Positions 10,296-20,156 are shown, counted from the stretch's first letter. The stretch is 64,000 bases of DNA from Dehalococcoidia bacterium (GCA_965197585.1 OZ240215.1:2848001-2912000); one strand, 5' to 3'. Notes: generated by a model from the sequence alone, not told the origin. Numbers and translations: made by a program.

Positions 10296-11512
10296 AACTG
10301 CGGATTGGCGGGGCGGTCCCTCACAGACAGCATGAACGCCGCCACCAGGAGGGTTACCGGGAACATTCCACAAATCAACAGGGACAGCTGAAGGTTGCCG
10401 GTGATCTGCTGGAGTCCACCCACCAGCAGGGGCCCGATAGCCGAGCCTCCCCAGATGGAAGTCTCCATGAATGACATGCCTATTCCTATTTCACGGGGCT
10501 TGATGCCCGGAATGAGGAATACCATGATCATAAGCACGGGGAAGTAGGCGAAGGAAAAGCCTTTGAGTATGGCAAATAGCAGGACCAGCGGCGCAGAGGT
10601 GGTGTAGACCATGCCTACAAGGGAAATAATGGACAGGATGCCGCACACTGAAAGAACCAGGGAGCGGCGCCGTATCAGGGTGGGTATGGCATTGGCCATG
10701 AAATCTGTCGGGGCGGCGGCGAAGGTCATGGCACCCAGCGCAAGGCCGACGAAAGATGGAGTAAGACCAAGCTGGTCTTCGGCGAGGGTGGGCCAAAAGT
10801 TTTGGAACCCCGCCTGCGCGGTCATCGAGCCGCCCATGCCCATGCCCATTATCCAGAGCTGCTTGTAGTTTCGCAGTGCGTTCAGAGGGCTGGATATTTC
10901 GGCTCGGGCGCGGGTGTCGTATTCCTCGTTGACCCTCTCCCCGCCTACGATCATCCATATCACGGTAAGGCCAAAGGAGATCATCGACCAGATGAAGAAA
11001 GTCTCCCGCCATCCCCCGGCCAGCTCCTGGAACTGCGGCGTTACCAGGAAAGCGATCCCCATGATCAGGTCGATGCCTGCAAAAGAGAGGCCGTTGGTAA
11101 AGGAGATGCGGTGTCGGGGGATCCATTGTTGGATGATGAGGGCTCGGGGTGACTGAGTAGAGGTGAAGAAAAGGCCCGAGCCCACTCGCCCTATGAAGAG
11201 GGCAGCAAGGATGGGCGACCAGCTCTGCAGCAGCGCGGAACCCCCAACCCCGAGGAACAGCAGGGTCACGGTCCTCCAGGGCCGGAATCGGGAAGTGAAC
11301 AGATTGGCCGGGATGCAAAAGATCAGGTTGGCAATGAGGACAGAGGAGCCGAGCAAACCCTGGGTCAAGGGAGAAAGGTCCATCTCCCTGGTGATGTCCG
11401 GCAACAGAATGCCGATGATGAAAATGACACCAAGGGATGTGCCTACACAGGAAGTGACGGATGCTACGAGGGCCCAGCGTCGGAAGCGGGGACTTTCAAT
11501 AGAAGTTTGCAA
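10289..11512 (-). CDS. MFS transporter
   Basis: 407 aa with about 12 hydrophobic segments, motif-A-like loop and FIGRVGSG. Confidence 0.85.
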   Translation of the reverse strand: MQTSIESPRFRRWALVASVTSCVGTSLGVIFIIGILLPDITREMDLSPLTQGLLGSSVLIANLIFCIPANLFTSRFRPWRTVTLLFLGVGGSALLQSWSPILAALFIGRVGSGLFFTSTQSPRALIIQQWIPRHRISFTNGLSFAGIDLIMGIAFLVTPQFQELAGGWRETFFIWSMISFGLTVIWMIVGGERVNEEYDTRARAEISSPLNALRNYKQLWIMGMGMGGSMTAQAGFQNFWPTLAEDQLGLTPSFVGLALGAMTFAAAPTDFMANAIPTLIRRRSLVLSVCGILSIISLVGMVYTTSAPLVLLFAILKGFSFAYFPVLMIMVFLIPGIKPREIGIGMSFMETSIWGGSAIGPLLVGGLQQITGNLQLSLLICGMFPVTLLVAAFMLSVRDRPANPQLA

Positions 11513-11584
11513 TCAGGCTCGCGTGGGTGTGTTTTGTTGGGGTGCCGGATTTTAATGCAGGGTTCTGTTCAGTAGGTTGTAGCG

Positions 11585-11863
11585 TCACGCGGGCCTAGCG
11601 CCGCTTTCCCATATTCCCAGCCATTCGTCACGACTGAGGGTGCAGTCCACAAAAAGATTTAATTGTCGGGAGGAGAGGCGCATCTGCCGGGCAAACTCAG
11701 CTAAGCGTCCTTTGGAGATTTGGCCTTTAGCACCGTGTGACATTTTCGTGATCCTTTGATTCCTGCCGTTCATTCTTGCGTTAAAGACTATGTGGTCACC
11801 ACTATCGTCTTCATCAGTAAGGGCCTTGCGGTTCAAGGCACTTCTGAGCGTGCGATAGTCCAC
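11585..11863 (-). CDS. HicA-like toxin (dsRBD-fold), copy 2
   Basis: GTG start at 11863 by alignment with the paralogue; SGDH..MSHGAKGQISKGRLAEFARQMRLSSRQL. Confidence 0.6.
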   Translation of the reverse strand: MDYRTLRSALNRKALTDEDDSGDHIVFNARMNGRNQRITKMSHGAKGQISKGRLAEFARQMRLSSRQLNLFVDCTLSRDEWLGIWESGARPA

Positions 11864-11865
11864 CC

Positions 11866-12198
11866 CTAGACAACCATGTTTTCGATTAGCTCTAGGTCTC
11901 TGGATGAGCACTCGGCAAGGTTGCCCCTGTGTTTGTCCAACCAGAATTTGTAGTCTCCAAGGGAGCACACCAGATCATCTATGGCCTGCTCTTCTGTCTC
12001 GCCAACCCCCCACTCATACAAGCACTCAATCTCGACTGTAACGAACCACTCTTCCGAGGTCTGTTTGATCTCGACCGTCAGATCAGTTTTGAGCTGGTGG
12101 TGGCAACCGCGCCGGCCCTTGGGTAGGACCTTTGTGTACCGCGCGAGGATTTCGGGTTCGTCGTCTGTGTCAGTGGCTGGTTTGGTAGATTCGATCAT
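11866..12198 (-). CDS. HicB-like antitoxin, copy 2
   Basis: Acidic; YEWGVGETEEQAIDDL resembles the HicB GxTxEEA motif. Confidence 0.6.
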   Translation of the reverse strand: MIESTKPATDTDDEPEILARYTKVLPKGRRGCHHQLKTDLTVEIKQTSEEWFVTVEIECLYEWGVGETEEQAIDDLVCSLGDYKFWLDKHRGNLAECSSRDLELIENMVV

Positions 12199-12233
12199 GG
12201 TGTTACGCCGTCTTTATCGGGACCAGGCCCTCA

Positions 12234-12512
12234 TCATACTTGACGAGGGAACCTTTCCCATATTGCCAGCCATTCGTCACGGCTCATTGTGCAGTCCACG
12301 AATTGTCGTAACTGTCGGGAGGAGAGGCGCATTTGCCGTGCAATTCTACCCAGAAGCCATTTGGGAATCTGGCCTTTTGTACCGTGCGAGACTACGGTAA
12401 CCAAGCGACGTCCTCCACTTACAGTTCTGTAATAGCCTACGTGCCCACCTGAGCGGTCCTCATTCGCTTCGGCCTTGGAGACCAAAGCCCCCTGTAAGTC
12501 ACGGTAGTCCAC
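12234..12512 (-). CDS. HicA-like toxin, copy 1
   Basis: Basic; SGGH..VSHGTKGQIPKWLLGRIARQMRLS. Confidence 0.6.
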   Translation of the reverse strand: MDYRDLQGALVSKAEANEDRSGGHVGYYRTVSGGRRLVTVVSHGTKGQIPKWLLGRIARQMRLSSRQLRQFVDCTMSRDEWLAIWERFPRQV

Positions 12513-12514
12513 CT

Positions 12515-12847
12515 CTAGGCGAGCATTTCCTCAAGTAACTCCAAGCACCTATTCGAGCAAGGATCCAATTCGTCCTTGAATTTTCTTAGGGAGAGCCTGA
12601 CGTCCCCGAGGATATACACCAATTCATTCATGGCCTCTTCCTCCGTAGTCCCCCAACCGAACTGGTATAGACATTCGACTTCGACGGTGGCGCCCCAACC
12701 TTCCAGCGTTTGTTCAACCTCCACCGGTAGGTCGGATTTCAGCTCATAACACTCGCCGCGTCGGCCTTTGGGCAGCACCTTCGTGTACCGCGCGAGGATT
12801 TCGGGTTCGTCGTCCGTGTCAGTGACGGGTTTGGTAGATTCGATCAT
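12515..12847 (-). CDS. HicB-like antitoxin, copy 1
   Basis: MIESTKP start shared with copy 2; FGWGTTEEEAMNEL. Confidence 0.6.
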   Translation of the reverse strand: MIESTKPVTDTDDEPEILARYTKVLPKGRRGECYELKSDLPVEVEQTLEGWGATVEVECLYQFGWGTTEEEAMNELVYILGDVRLSLRKFKDELDPCSNRCLELLEEMLA

Positions 12848-13008
12848 GGTGGGGCCTCTGGGTACGGGAACGTGTACGGGGCAAGGGGTAGATGCGTAGG
12901 GGATATTCTTCACCCGCATTGGGCGCGGTGTCAAGAATTGTCTTGCTCCGCCCACGTGCTCCCACCCGCCCACCTTTGGATTCCAGCCTGCGCAGGAACC
13001 CCGGACTT

Positions 13009-14997
13009 CTACACCCCGCCGAGATGAATGGTCTGCACGTAGCGCGGGCCCCGTGGCCCGACGGCGTACCGGGTATCGAGGCCCAGGACCCGTCGTCTCG
13101 CCGCCGCTAGTCCAACTGTGGGGTCAGTCAGCTCTATGACATCGTATAGCTCTTGGCCAGCGTTGACGGGCACGGTGATGCTGCCACGGCCTGGGTGGAT
13201 GGCAATGCGGCGGGCCTCGGAGTGGGCGCGGGCGTCGGTCTTTTCCTGGGTGTCGAGGGTGACGTCATGAACGTGGATGGGTCGGTCGAAGAGGGCGGGG
13301 AAGTCCGACCAGTTGGAAAGATCGCTAGTGTGGTTGGAGCCGAAGACGATAGCCCTACTGTGCCTGGGTACCGGGTCAATATATCGAGCCTCCAGAATCC
13401 CGTGCCCCGAGCCGTAGATGTAGGATCTTTCCTCGGTGGCTGAGGGAACCTTGAGAACGAACCCGTCGCTGGATGTCCCGAGCAGAATGTCGGGGACGTG
13501 GGACATTAGCCGTTCAACGACCATGTCCAGGGGCTCCGATTCCTCGACAAGGAACTCCGGTCGATGATTGTTCAGGAGAAAGTGGTCAGGGTGAGTCACG
13601 AGCTCGAAACCTGCCCGGGCCAGTACCGACCTGAGAATCTGAAATAGGCTGGCCTCCCCGGCGGCCCAAATGCGTTCGCGCCGGGCCTGCTGCCAGGCCA
13701 GGAGGCCCCAGCCACCCGTGGCGCGGACTATCAATGTCGAGGAGGAATCGGTACGGCGATGCTCCAACCCGTCGATCCACACCGGGGCTCGCGGGGAAGA
13801 TTCCCTCCCTGATGCGGTCACATAGCCTAGCCCGATCCTTATCTCCGACCCCTTGGTCAGCAGAGCTAGGTCCCCCTCACCGGGACGCGAGTAGCGCCCA
13901 TCGTTGTTTCGAAGTTCTATACGCCACGTGGTCTCTCTCGCCGACTCTTCACCTGTGAGGGAGACCACGTCCCGGCTCAGGTCCAGGGGCGGGGGGTTGA
14001 GGGGGGCCGACCACACGACGTTGGCCGTCGAAAGCCATGCGTGGCTCGCCGTGTGGCCGATAGCCAACCCGTGCGCCGTGTCCAGGTCGAACGCGGCGGG
14101 TTCACGCCACAGGTTGTCGAGGAATAAGGCGGAGGGCTGGGTGAAGGTGTAGAAAGGGCGATTGTGTGCCCCGGTGACCTGCTCGATGAAGAAGAGCCGG
14201 TCGACGTCCGGATGGTCGATGAAAGGGGCCCGGAAGTCGTGGTCCGAGACACGCTCGACCTCGGTGACGGGCCTGAGCGCCGACCACGTATCAATGGTCT
14301 GGGCCGCTCCATCGCCGAAGACCGTGCTCCACACGCCGCTTTTCCTGCCCGTCGAGTCCCGGCCCGCCACGGCCACGTTCCAGTCACCGTTGTAGTGAGC
14401 GGCGACCCCATTGATTTGGGAAAGGGAGTTGGACCAGATACGGGGAGAGCCCCAACTGCCGCTCGAACGCCGGATGGCGTATAGGCCGGAGTTGACCAAG
14501 GCATAGAGAAGGAGGGCCGAGCCGTCTGGCTTGAGGTCGGCGGCCAGCCAGGTAATGGGTGAGGAGGCGGTGGTCACATAGACGGCCTGTCCGAAGGTCG
14601 CTCCGCTGTCAGCGCTGGCCCGAACGTATAGGGTGCGCCTGTTGCTGGACACCGAGAACAGGAGCACGTCCGCCCCGGCAGAGCAGAGGGCCACGTCACC
14701 ATCCCTGGACGCTGGGCCCAATGAGACCCAGCGTGTGAAGTCAGAGGTGGGGGAGGGGTTGGGCACTCGTTGGACGTAGAGGTTGTGGCTGTTCGTGGGG
14801 TCGACGCGGGCGCGGATCATCGCGCCGTCGACGGGGAAGGTCAGGGCGTGAGGCCCCTCGGCCTCCGATCCCGTATGGAGCCGCTCGAACCGTAGCCGGG
14901 CTATGCCAGCCATCCGGTCCAGGGCTTCTACTCTGACCCAAGGCTTCGCCGAGGACGACCTCTGGGCACGGAGGAGGGAGTTGGATAACGGCCTCAT
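13009..14997 (-). CDS. Putative phage-like tail/baseplate-hub protein (beta-rich N-terminus with Asp-box, hub-like C-terminus)
   Basis: 662 aa, last gene of the capsid operon; RASADSGATFG Asp-box; C-terminal ELYDVIELTD...RRVLGL; call is mainly contextual. Confidence 0.55.
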   Translation of the reverse strand: MRPLSNSLLRAQRSSSAKPWVRVEALDRMAGIARLRFERLHTGSEAEGPHALTFPVDGAMIRARVDPTNSHNLYVQRVPNPSPTSDFTRWVSLGPASRDGDVALCSAGADVLLFSVSSNRRTLYVRASADSGATFGQAVYVTTASSPITWLAADLKPDGSALLLYALVNSGLYAIRRSSGSWGSPRIWSNSLSQINGVAAHYNGDWNVAVAGRDSTGRKSGVWSTVFGDGAAQTIDTWSALRPVTEVERVSDHDFRAPFIDHPDVDRLFFIEQVTGAHNRPFYTFTQPSALFLDNLWREPAAFDLDTAHGLAIGHTASHAWLSTANVVWSAPLNPPPLDLSRDVVSLTGEESARETTWRIELRNNDGRYSRPGEGDLALLTKGSEIRIGLGYVTASGRESSPRAPVWIDGLEHRRTDSSSTLIVRATGGWGLLAWQQARRERIWAAGEASLFQILRSVLARAGFELVTHPDHFLLNNHRPEFLVEESEPLDMVVERLMSHVPDILLGTSSDGFVLKVPSATEERSYIYGSGHGILEARYIDPVPRHSRAIVFGSNHTSDLSNWSDFPALFDRPIHVHDVTLDTQEKTDARAHSEARRIAIHPGRGSITVPVNAGQELYDVIELTDPTVGLAAARRRVLGLDTRYAVGPRGPRYVQTIHLGGV

Positions 14998-15033
14998 GCT
15001 AGGAGTTCTCCGCTGCGGTCGATGTCAGGCTGC

Positions 15034-15690
15034 TCATACATTGACGGTCTCGGCTTGAGCAGCACCACTTCGTGCGCCGTTGGGCGCCGCCTGGGGTTGG
15101 CTCAGGCGGCGCGACTTCATCCGTCGGGGGCGCCCGTGCCTCGCCAGCGCCCGATAGAAGACGTTCAACCGTTCCCGGCCCCATATCATGTAGTCCCGCC
15201 ACACCGAGTCGCCGCCGGTGTTCAGCCGATTGATGGTGAAGCCTGACATACTGTGGGCCGCGTACCCCGAGGCCCCCGTCACCAGTATGTCTTCCAGGGG
15301 CGAAGGCACGGTCGAAGACAGGTAGTCTAGGGTGTGGAGCTTGCCGTAATAGACCACGGCCTGTTCGCCCTCGGCCGGGACCCGTTCCACCAGTAGGGTC
15401 AGCGTGTCTCCCCAGACCCGGAACTCGGTGAAAGTGGGAGGGGACTGACCGGCCGGGTACTCGACGGAATCGACGAGCACGAGGCCGGTCAGGGAGGAGA
15501 GATCTATGTCCCGGGAGCCAGCGGTCGCGCTGAGCGTGGCTTTGTCTTCCACGGGGATCGCCAGGCTCATCTCCCGCAGGGCGTGGAATATGTGCCGGTC
15601 CAGCTCGGCGCTGGCCCAGCGGAAGCCGACGGCGTCTTCGTCGTGCAGGTCGGTGCGGACGCGGGCACGGATTTCGGTGAGTGTGGTCAT
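15034..15690 (-). CDS. Putative head-tail adaptor/connector
   Basis: MTTLTEIRARVRTDLHDED...RWASAELDRHI resembles phage adaptor N-termini; directly follows the capsid gene. Confidence 0.6.
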   Translation of the reverse strand: MTTLTEIRARVRTDLHDEDAVGFRWASAELDRHIFHALREMSLAIPVEDKATLSATAGSRDIDLSSLTGLVLVDSVEYPAGQSPPTFTEFRVWGDTLTLLVERVPAEGEQAVVYYGKLHTLDYLSSTVPSPLEDILVTGASGYAAHSMSGFTINRLNTGGDSVWRDYMIWGRERLNVFYRALARHGRPRRMKSRRLSQPQAAPNGARSGAAQAETVNV

Positions 15691-15750
15691 GAGTTGTCTC
15701 CTGGTGCGGGGGATGCGATCTTCACGTTACTGATCTTTAGAGGTTCCATT

Positions 15751-15788
15751 CACCCTCACCCTAGCCCTCTCCCATCGAGGGAGAGGGG
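15751..15788. repeat. REP-like family A (CACCCTCACCCyAGCCCTCTCCC-N4/5-GGGAGAGGGG), representative copy
   Basis: Other copies near 22850, 23025, 23568, 24206, 34837, 36064, 44675, 45097 and degenerate at 63002. Confidence 0.9.
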
Positions 15789-15850
15789 ATTGGACGTCCC
15801 CTCCCCCATCTCTCGGAAAGAGTTTTGCGAGAGTGTAAGTGGGGCCCGGC

Positions 15851-16741
15851 CTAGTTCCGGACCCCGGTTAGCTTGGCCAGCTTGACGGTGCTGAAGAGGG
15901 CCACGGCTACGTACCACTTGACCCGGGTTCGGGTGGCGTCCTTAGTCTCCAGACTCCCGACCCGCTCCACCTGCAGGCCCGAGGGCCCCGTCAGCCCCGA
16001 CACGCCATCCTCCCCGAATTGGACCGCGTATACCGTCGAGGAGTCGCGGCTGGTGCCCGCTCTCTGTTCGTCGGATACCCAGTCGCTGATGCCTATAGGC
16101 ACGCCGTCGTAGAACTGCACCATCTGGCCGAGCATGTTGCGGTCGGTCTGTAGGAAGCCGCTGCCCGATGTGCGGGCAAGGGAGTTGAGCTTGCGCCGGG
16201 TCCTGCGGCTCATGATGAGAATGTGGGGCTTGCCGGACTTCACCTTGTCGATCAACTCATCCAGCTTGTCCAGGGTGAGGGTTGCCCCGTTGGCGCCCAT
16301 CGTGACGGTCTGGCCGGCGGGGGTCAGCTTGTCGATCCCGTCGAAGGACTTGTCGTTGGTGTCGATATCACCGTTGATGAAGGTGTCGTCAAACTTCTGC
16401 TGTACGGCCTTGGACTTGAGTTCGACGACGGCGGCCTCCAGGTCCTGGACGTTGCCTCGGGTGGCTGCGACGTAGTTGTCCACGTCGGCGTCCCCACCCA
16501 GAATCTTCAGAGTTGCGGTGACCTGGCTAAAGGTGGGTGTGGACTCGGCCCACGCGTCTCCGACGTTGTAGAAGGCGACGGTCGGGGCGGCATTCTCCCG
16601 GTTGTAGGTGAGAGAGTTGCCTACTATTTCGATGAAGGGCATGTGCTGGAGCACGGGGCTTTCGTTGACTATCGTCTCGATAACCCCGGACAGGAGCATG
16701 TCGTTGGACAGCTTGCTGGCCTCTGTTAGTGTCAATGCCAT
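15851..16741 (-). CDS. Phage major capsid protein (HK97-fold likely)
   Basis: MALTLTEASKLSNDML..GVIETI..SPVLQHMPFIEIVGNSLTYNRE; LKILGGDADVD; FINGD..SFDGI; TRVKWY; strong RBS AGGAGA. Confidence 0.88.
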   Translation of the reverse strand: MALTLTEASKLSNDMLLSGVIETIVNESPVLQHMPFIEIVGNSLTYNRENAAPTVAFYNVGDAWAESTPTFSQVTATLKILGGDADVDNYVAATRGNVQDLEAAVVELKSKAVQQKFDDTFINGDIDTNDKSFDGIDKLTPAGQTVTMGANGATLTLDKLDELIDKVKSGKPHILIMSRRTRRKLNSLARTSGSGFLQTDRNMLGQMVQFYDGVPIGISDWVSDEQRAGTSRDSSTVYAVQFGEDGVSGLTGPSGLQVERVGSLETKDATRTRVKWYVAVALFSTVKLAKLTGVRN

Positions 16742-16775
16742 TGTTTGTTTTCTCCTTGCTTATCGTGCGTTACGG

Positions 16776-17261
16776 CTAGCTTTTGTTTATTGCGTACAGG
16801 ATCTTTTCCCGGGCAGAGAGGCCCGAGAGGTCGGCTTCTCGGCGGGCGGGTGCGCCGGACGGGACCCGGTCTTCGGGGGTGCGGCCTCCGATGCGCGAAG
16901 CCACTTTCTCGACGATCTTCTTCGCCGACTCCATCGCGTCGTCCAGCTCTACGATTGTGTTTCCGCGAATGAGCTCTTCAGGCAGGTCCGGGGCGCTCAC
17001 CATGAGGGCGATGCGGTAGCGGCCCACGGCAAAGTCGATCTGATGCCGCATGCCGTCCAGTTCCGTCTCCTTCTCGGCGACCAGGGCATTCAGCCTCTCG
17101 ACTTCTAGGGCGTCCCGGGAGGGTTCCTCTGCGGGCTCCGGGCTCGGGGTCTTGCCGCCGATAGGGGTCTCGGGTGTGGGGTCATGGGGTAGTGCAGGGT
17201 CATAGGACGGTGCAGGATCGTGGGGCGATGTGGGATCATGGGGCGGGGTTGGGTCGGGCAT
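16776..17261 (-). CDS. Putative capsid scaffolding protein
   Basis: Pro-rich PHDP repeats, coiled coil, C-terminal VPSGAPARREADLSGLSAREKI; immediately upstream of the capsid gene. Confidence 0.6.
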   Translation of the reverse strand: MPDPTPPHDPTSPHDPAPSYDPALPHDPTPETPIGGKTPSPEPAEEPSRDALEVERLNALVAEKETELDGMRHQIDFAVGRYRIALMVSAPDLPEELIRGNTIVELDDAMESAKKIVEKVASRIGGRTPEDRVPSGAPARREADLSGLSAREKILYAINKS

Positions 17262-17292
17262 GTGGTCTCCTTAAGTGAGTGATTTGTGGCGA

Positions 17293-17340
17293 ATAATAGA
17301 ACATACGTCCTTTTACAGTCAAGGGGTTCATGTCACTTTT
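17293..17340 (-). promoter_or_regulatory. Capsid-operon promoter: AAAAGTGACA-N8-TTGACT-N18-TATTAT with a LexA-like box
   Basis: -35 at 17317-17322, -10 at 17293-17298, AGAACATACGTCCT at 17298-17311; same layout as 26362-26409. Confidence 0.75.
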
Positions 17341-17478
17341 GGGAGGTGTTGGAAGGCGGAAAGAGATTGCGACACATCCCTCACGGCGGTATGGTCAGGC
17401 CTACCATTCCCGGTCCGCTGGCACTATATTCATGAGTCATAACAGAGGACATGCATTGACGACACACCATCCAAAGCA

Positions 17479-17679
17479 ATGAAACTTCACGTGGACCGGA
17501 AAGCGTATGCCCTGTATTTGCGTCTGGACGATTCCTTCATCGTCGAGTCGCAGGAGGTCTCGCCGGGTGTGGTACTCGACTACAACGCGGCCAATGAGGT
17601 CGTGGGAGTCGAGATGCTCGGGCTTTCAAAGCGGTCGTTGGACGTGGACCTCTCGGCATTGCAGTTTGAGACGGTGTGA
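17479..17679 (+). CDS. DUF2283-family small protein
   Basis: MKLHVDRKAYALYLRLDD..ESQEVSPGVVLDYNAANEVVGVEML. Confidence 0.85.
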   Translation: MKLHVDRKAYALYLRLDDSFIVESQEVSPGVVLDYNAANEVVGVEMLGLSKRSLDVDLSALQFETV

Positions 17680-17723
17680 GCGGCAACTCGCGATCATGGC
17701 CACTTCAATATACCTTCCCCACC

Positions 17724-17762
17724 CCCCACTCATACTTCGACGGGCTCAGCACGAGCGGCCCC
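17724..17762. repeat. REP-like family C (CCGCTCATACTTCGACGGGCTCAGCACGAGCGG and variants), representative copy
   Basis: Other copies near 17806, 17883, 23078, 24130, 26668, 31201, 31956, 41689, 45142, 46872, 46955, 47030, 61386. Confidence 0.85.
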
Positions 17763-17948
17763 GCCCAGCCATTTCCTTTTCCTTTACGCGTGATGCCCAC
17801 TCACACCGCTCACCCTGAGGTACTCGAAGGGTCGAGCGGAGAGGCGCAGACCTGACCGCTTCAACAGACCTTCCCCCACCCCCCCACTCATACTTCGACG
17901 GGCTCAGCACGAGCGGCCCCGCCCTCCTCCTCGTCAAAGGAGCCCCAT

Positions 17949-17975
17949 GGAACAAACCCGACCCCCCACCCGTCT
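17949..17975 (+). promoter_or_regulatory. Putative autoregulatory ECF promoter GGAAC-N17-CGTCT
   Basis: Matches the typical ECF -35/-10 pattern about 70 bp upstream of the ECF sigma gene. Confidence 0.6.
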
Positions 17976-18047
17976 TTAGAAGTGAGAGTCGGGAGGCGGA
18001 AGCTTTCGGCTTTGCTGACGCGGTGTATGCAATCGTATACTGCCTGA

Positions 18048-18647
18048 ATGTCGCCTCCAGAAAGGATGTCGGAGCCGGAAGAGGCCCTTATTGCCCGGAG
18101 CCGGGACGGGGACGTCGACGCCTTCAACCAGATCGTGGAAATGTACCAGCGACCCCTCTACAACATGGCCCTGCGCATGCTCGGCGACGCCCCCGCCGCA
18201 GAGGACGCGACCCAGGACGCCTTCTTTTCGGCCTTTCGGAACATCGGACGGTTCAAGGGCGGAAACCTGAAGTCGTGGCTGTTCACCATAGCGGCCAACG
18301 CCTGCCGGGACGTGCTCAGGTCCCGCAACGTGCGCCGGACCGAGTCCCTGGATGCGGAGGACGTGACCATTGATCCCCCCTCCTCCACCGAATCCCCGGA
18401 GGACTATGCCGTCAGGCGGGAGATGGGCCAGAGCATCCAGCAGGGGCTCGACTCCATCCCCCACGACCAACGTCTGGCCGTGGTGCTAATAGACGTGCAG
18501 GGCTTCGGGTACGAGGAGGCCGCGGGGGTAATGGGCATATCCGTAGGTACTGTGAAATCCCGCCTTAGCCGGGGGCGAGCCCGGGTCAGGGACTTCCTTA
18601 GAGACAGGCCGGGCGTGCTGCCCGCCAGGTACGGGAGCGGGGCCTGA
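18048..18647 (+). CDS. ECF RNA polymerase sigma factor
   Basis: AEDATQDAF, WLFTIAANACRD, YEEAAGVMGISVGTVKSRLSRGR. Confidence 0.95.
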   Translation: MSPPERMSEPEEALIARSRDGDVDAFNQIVEMYQRPLYNMALRMLGDAPAAEDATQDAFFSAFRNIGRFKGGNLKSWLFTIAANACRDVLRSRNVRRTESLDAEDVTIDPPSSTESPEDYAVRREMGQSIQQGLDSIPHDQRLAVVLIDVQGFGYEEAAGVMGISVGTVKSRLSRGRARVRDFLRDRPGVLPARYGSGA

Positions 18648-18651
18648 TATC

Positions 18652-19626
18652 GTGTTAGAAATGCTGAAAAAGATATTCAATCGGGGGCACGGGCGCTTCC
18701 TGGATATACTGTCGGATCACGTCGACGGTGAACTGCCGGAGGCGGAGCGGATCGTGCTGGAAGCGCACTTGCAAGGCTGTGACTCGTGCACCGAGGAGCT
18801 GGAGTCGCTGAGGGCAACGGTCCAGATGCTGCGCCGGATGCCGGAGGTCGAGGCCCCACGCTCATTCAGGATAGCCCCGGCCGCCGTAACCGCTCCTCCC
18901 CCTCCCCCCAAGAGGCCCGTTTTCCTGTGGACGATGCGTGTCTCGACGGCCATGGCGGTGGTGGCCTTCACGGTCATGGTCGCGGGCAACGTGACGGGGT
19001 TATTCGAAGGTGGGGGTGGGGACGGGGAGAGAGCGGCCTCGGAGGACGAGACGGCCTACGACTCCCCTGCTTTTAGCCCGACTTCCACGCCTGCTCCGAT
19101 GATGGAAGATGAGCCAGAGGATGCGATGATGGCTCCGACTCCTCAGGCAATGATGGAAGCTGAGCCGGACATCATTCCAAAGTCCACGCCAATGATGATG
19201 GCCGAACCGACCGCCACAATGGAATTCACCGCCATGCCGGAGCCTACGGCTATGCCGGACGAGGAAGCTGAGAGCAATAAAGCGGCGTTTACTCTCGAGG
19301 GCGACGATAGCTGGGTTGCCGACGCGCCACTCGTCGACCCCGAGCCGACCCCAGCACCCGCACTGACGGCGACTTCCAGGCCGAGGCCAACCACAGCCCC
19401 AATCCCCACGCTCATGCCCAGGGCAACGCTCGTCCCTACAATGGATTTCAGGACGAGGCCTGATCCCACACCGACGCCCGAACCTTGGGCGTGGGCTTCA
19501 TCAGAGCAGGACGATGGTGGAAATGGGGTGGTTCTTGGGCTGGAGATTGGGCTGGGGATCTTGGCGGCAGGGCTGGCACTGGGGACGATTTATCTCACGT
19601 TGAGGCGGCGGCGGGGGGTGGTTTAG
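18652..19626 (+). CDS. Zinc-binding anti-sigma factor (zf-HC2) with TM helix and Pro/Thr/Met-rich extracellular region
   Basis: LSDHVDGEL...HLQGCDSC (HxxxCxxC); TM segments; coupled to the sigma gene. Confidence 0.9.
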   Translation: MLEMLKKIFNRGHGRFLDILSDHVDGELPEAERIVLEAHLQGCDSCTEELESLRATVQMLRRMPEVEAPRSFRIAPAAVTAPPPPPKRPVFLWTMRVSTAMAVVAFTVMVAGNVTGLFEGGGGDGERAASEDETAYDSPAFSPTSTPAPMMEDEPEDAMMAPTPQAMMEAEPDIIPKSTPMMMAEPTATMEFTAMPEPTAMPDEEAESNKAAFTLEGDDSWVADAPLVDPEPTPAPALTATSRPRPTTAPIPTLMPRATLVPTMDFRTRPDPTPTPEPWAWASSEQDDGGNGVVLGLEIGLGILAAGLALGTIYLTLRRRRGVV

Positions 19627-19712
19627 GGGAACCATCACCTCTTCGAAGGATCCCGATCTCTACCGTCGGGAGCGCGGTTTGAGCGGTCCATGTCTTGCGG
19701 ACCTGGAGTTGT

Positions 19713-20156
19713 CTAGTGGTGGTTGGAGGGCAGGTTGTCGTTGCCGTCGAAGGTCCGCAACAATTCTTCGTAAGCTTCTATACGGGAGGTGTCTCCACTC
19801 TCACGCGCTTTAGCTAGAGCACGCTGAATGACTTTTCGTGCTTCGGCACGGCCCTCGGCACGGCGTTCCTCTCGTATCCTCTCCAACCATTTCTCGGTCA
19901 GAACCATGGTAAAACTCCCTGCTTCCGCTGCAATCATGCTTATTGTAGCAGAGCCGATTGCCAAAGATCCGGCGTAGCTCAAAATGTTGACTAGCACGTT
20001 TAAAGGGGACTCCGCACCCCTCACACCCTCCAAGGATTCGTTGGCTGCCACTACCGACATACCGATTATGAACAGGACGAAGAAGGCAAGGAAGTAGAAT
20101 TTCTTAGTCCTAGGCGCAACGGTCCATATGGACTCACGTTCGTTGCTATCAGGCAC
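19713..20156 (-). CDS. Hypothetical membrane protein
   Basis: Two TM segments followed by REERRAEGRAE tail. Confidence 0.6.
   Translation of the reverse strand: MPDSNERESIWTVAPRTKKFYFLAFFVLFIIGMSVVAANESLEGVRGAESPLNVLVNILSYAGSLAIGSATISMIAAEAGSFTMVLTEKWLERIREERRAEGRAEARKVIQRALAKARESGDTSRIEAYEELLRTFDGNDNLPSNHH

Noticed and set aside
15851-16741. Encapsulin nanocompartment
   Set aside because: The capsid gene comes with portal, terminase, scaffold and adaptor genes, which indicates DNA packaging rather than enzyme cargo.
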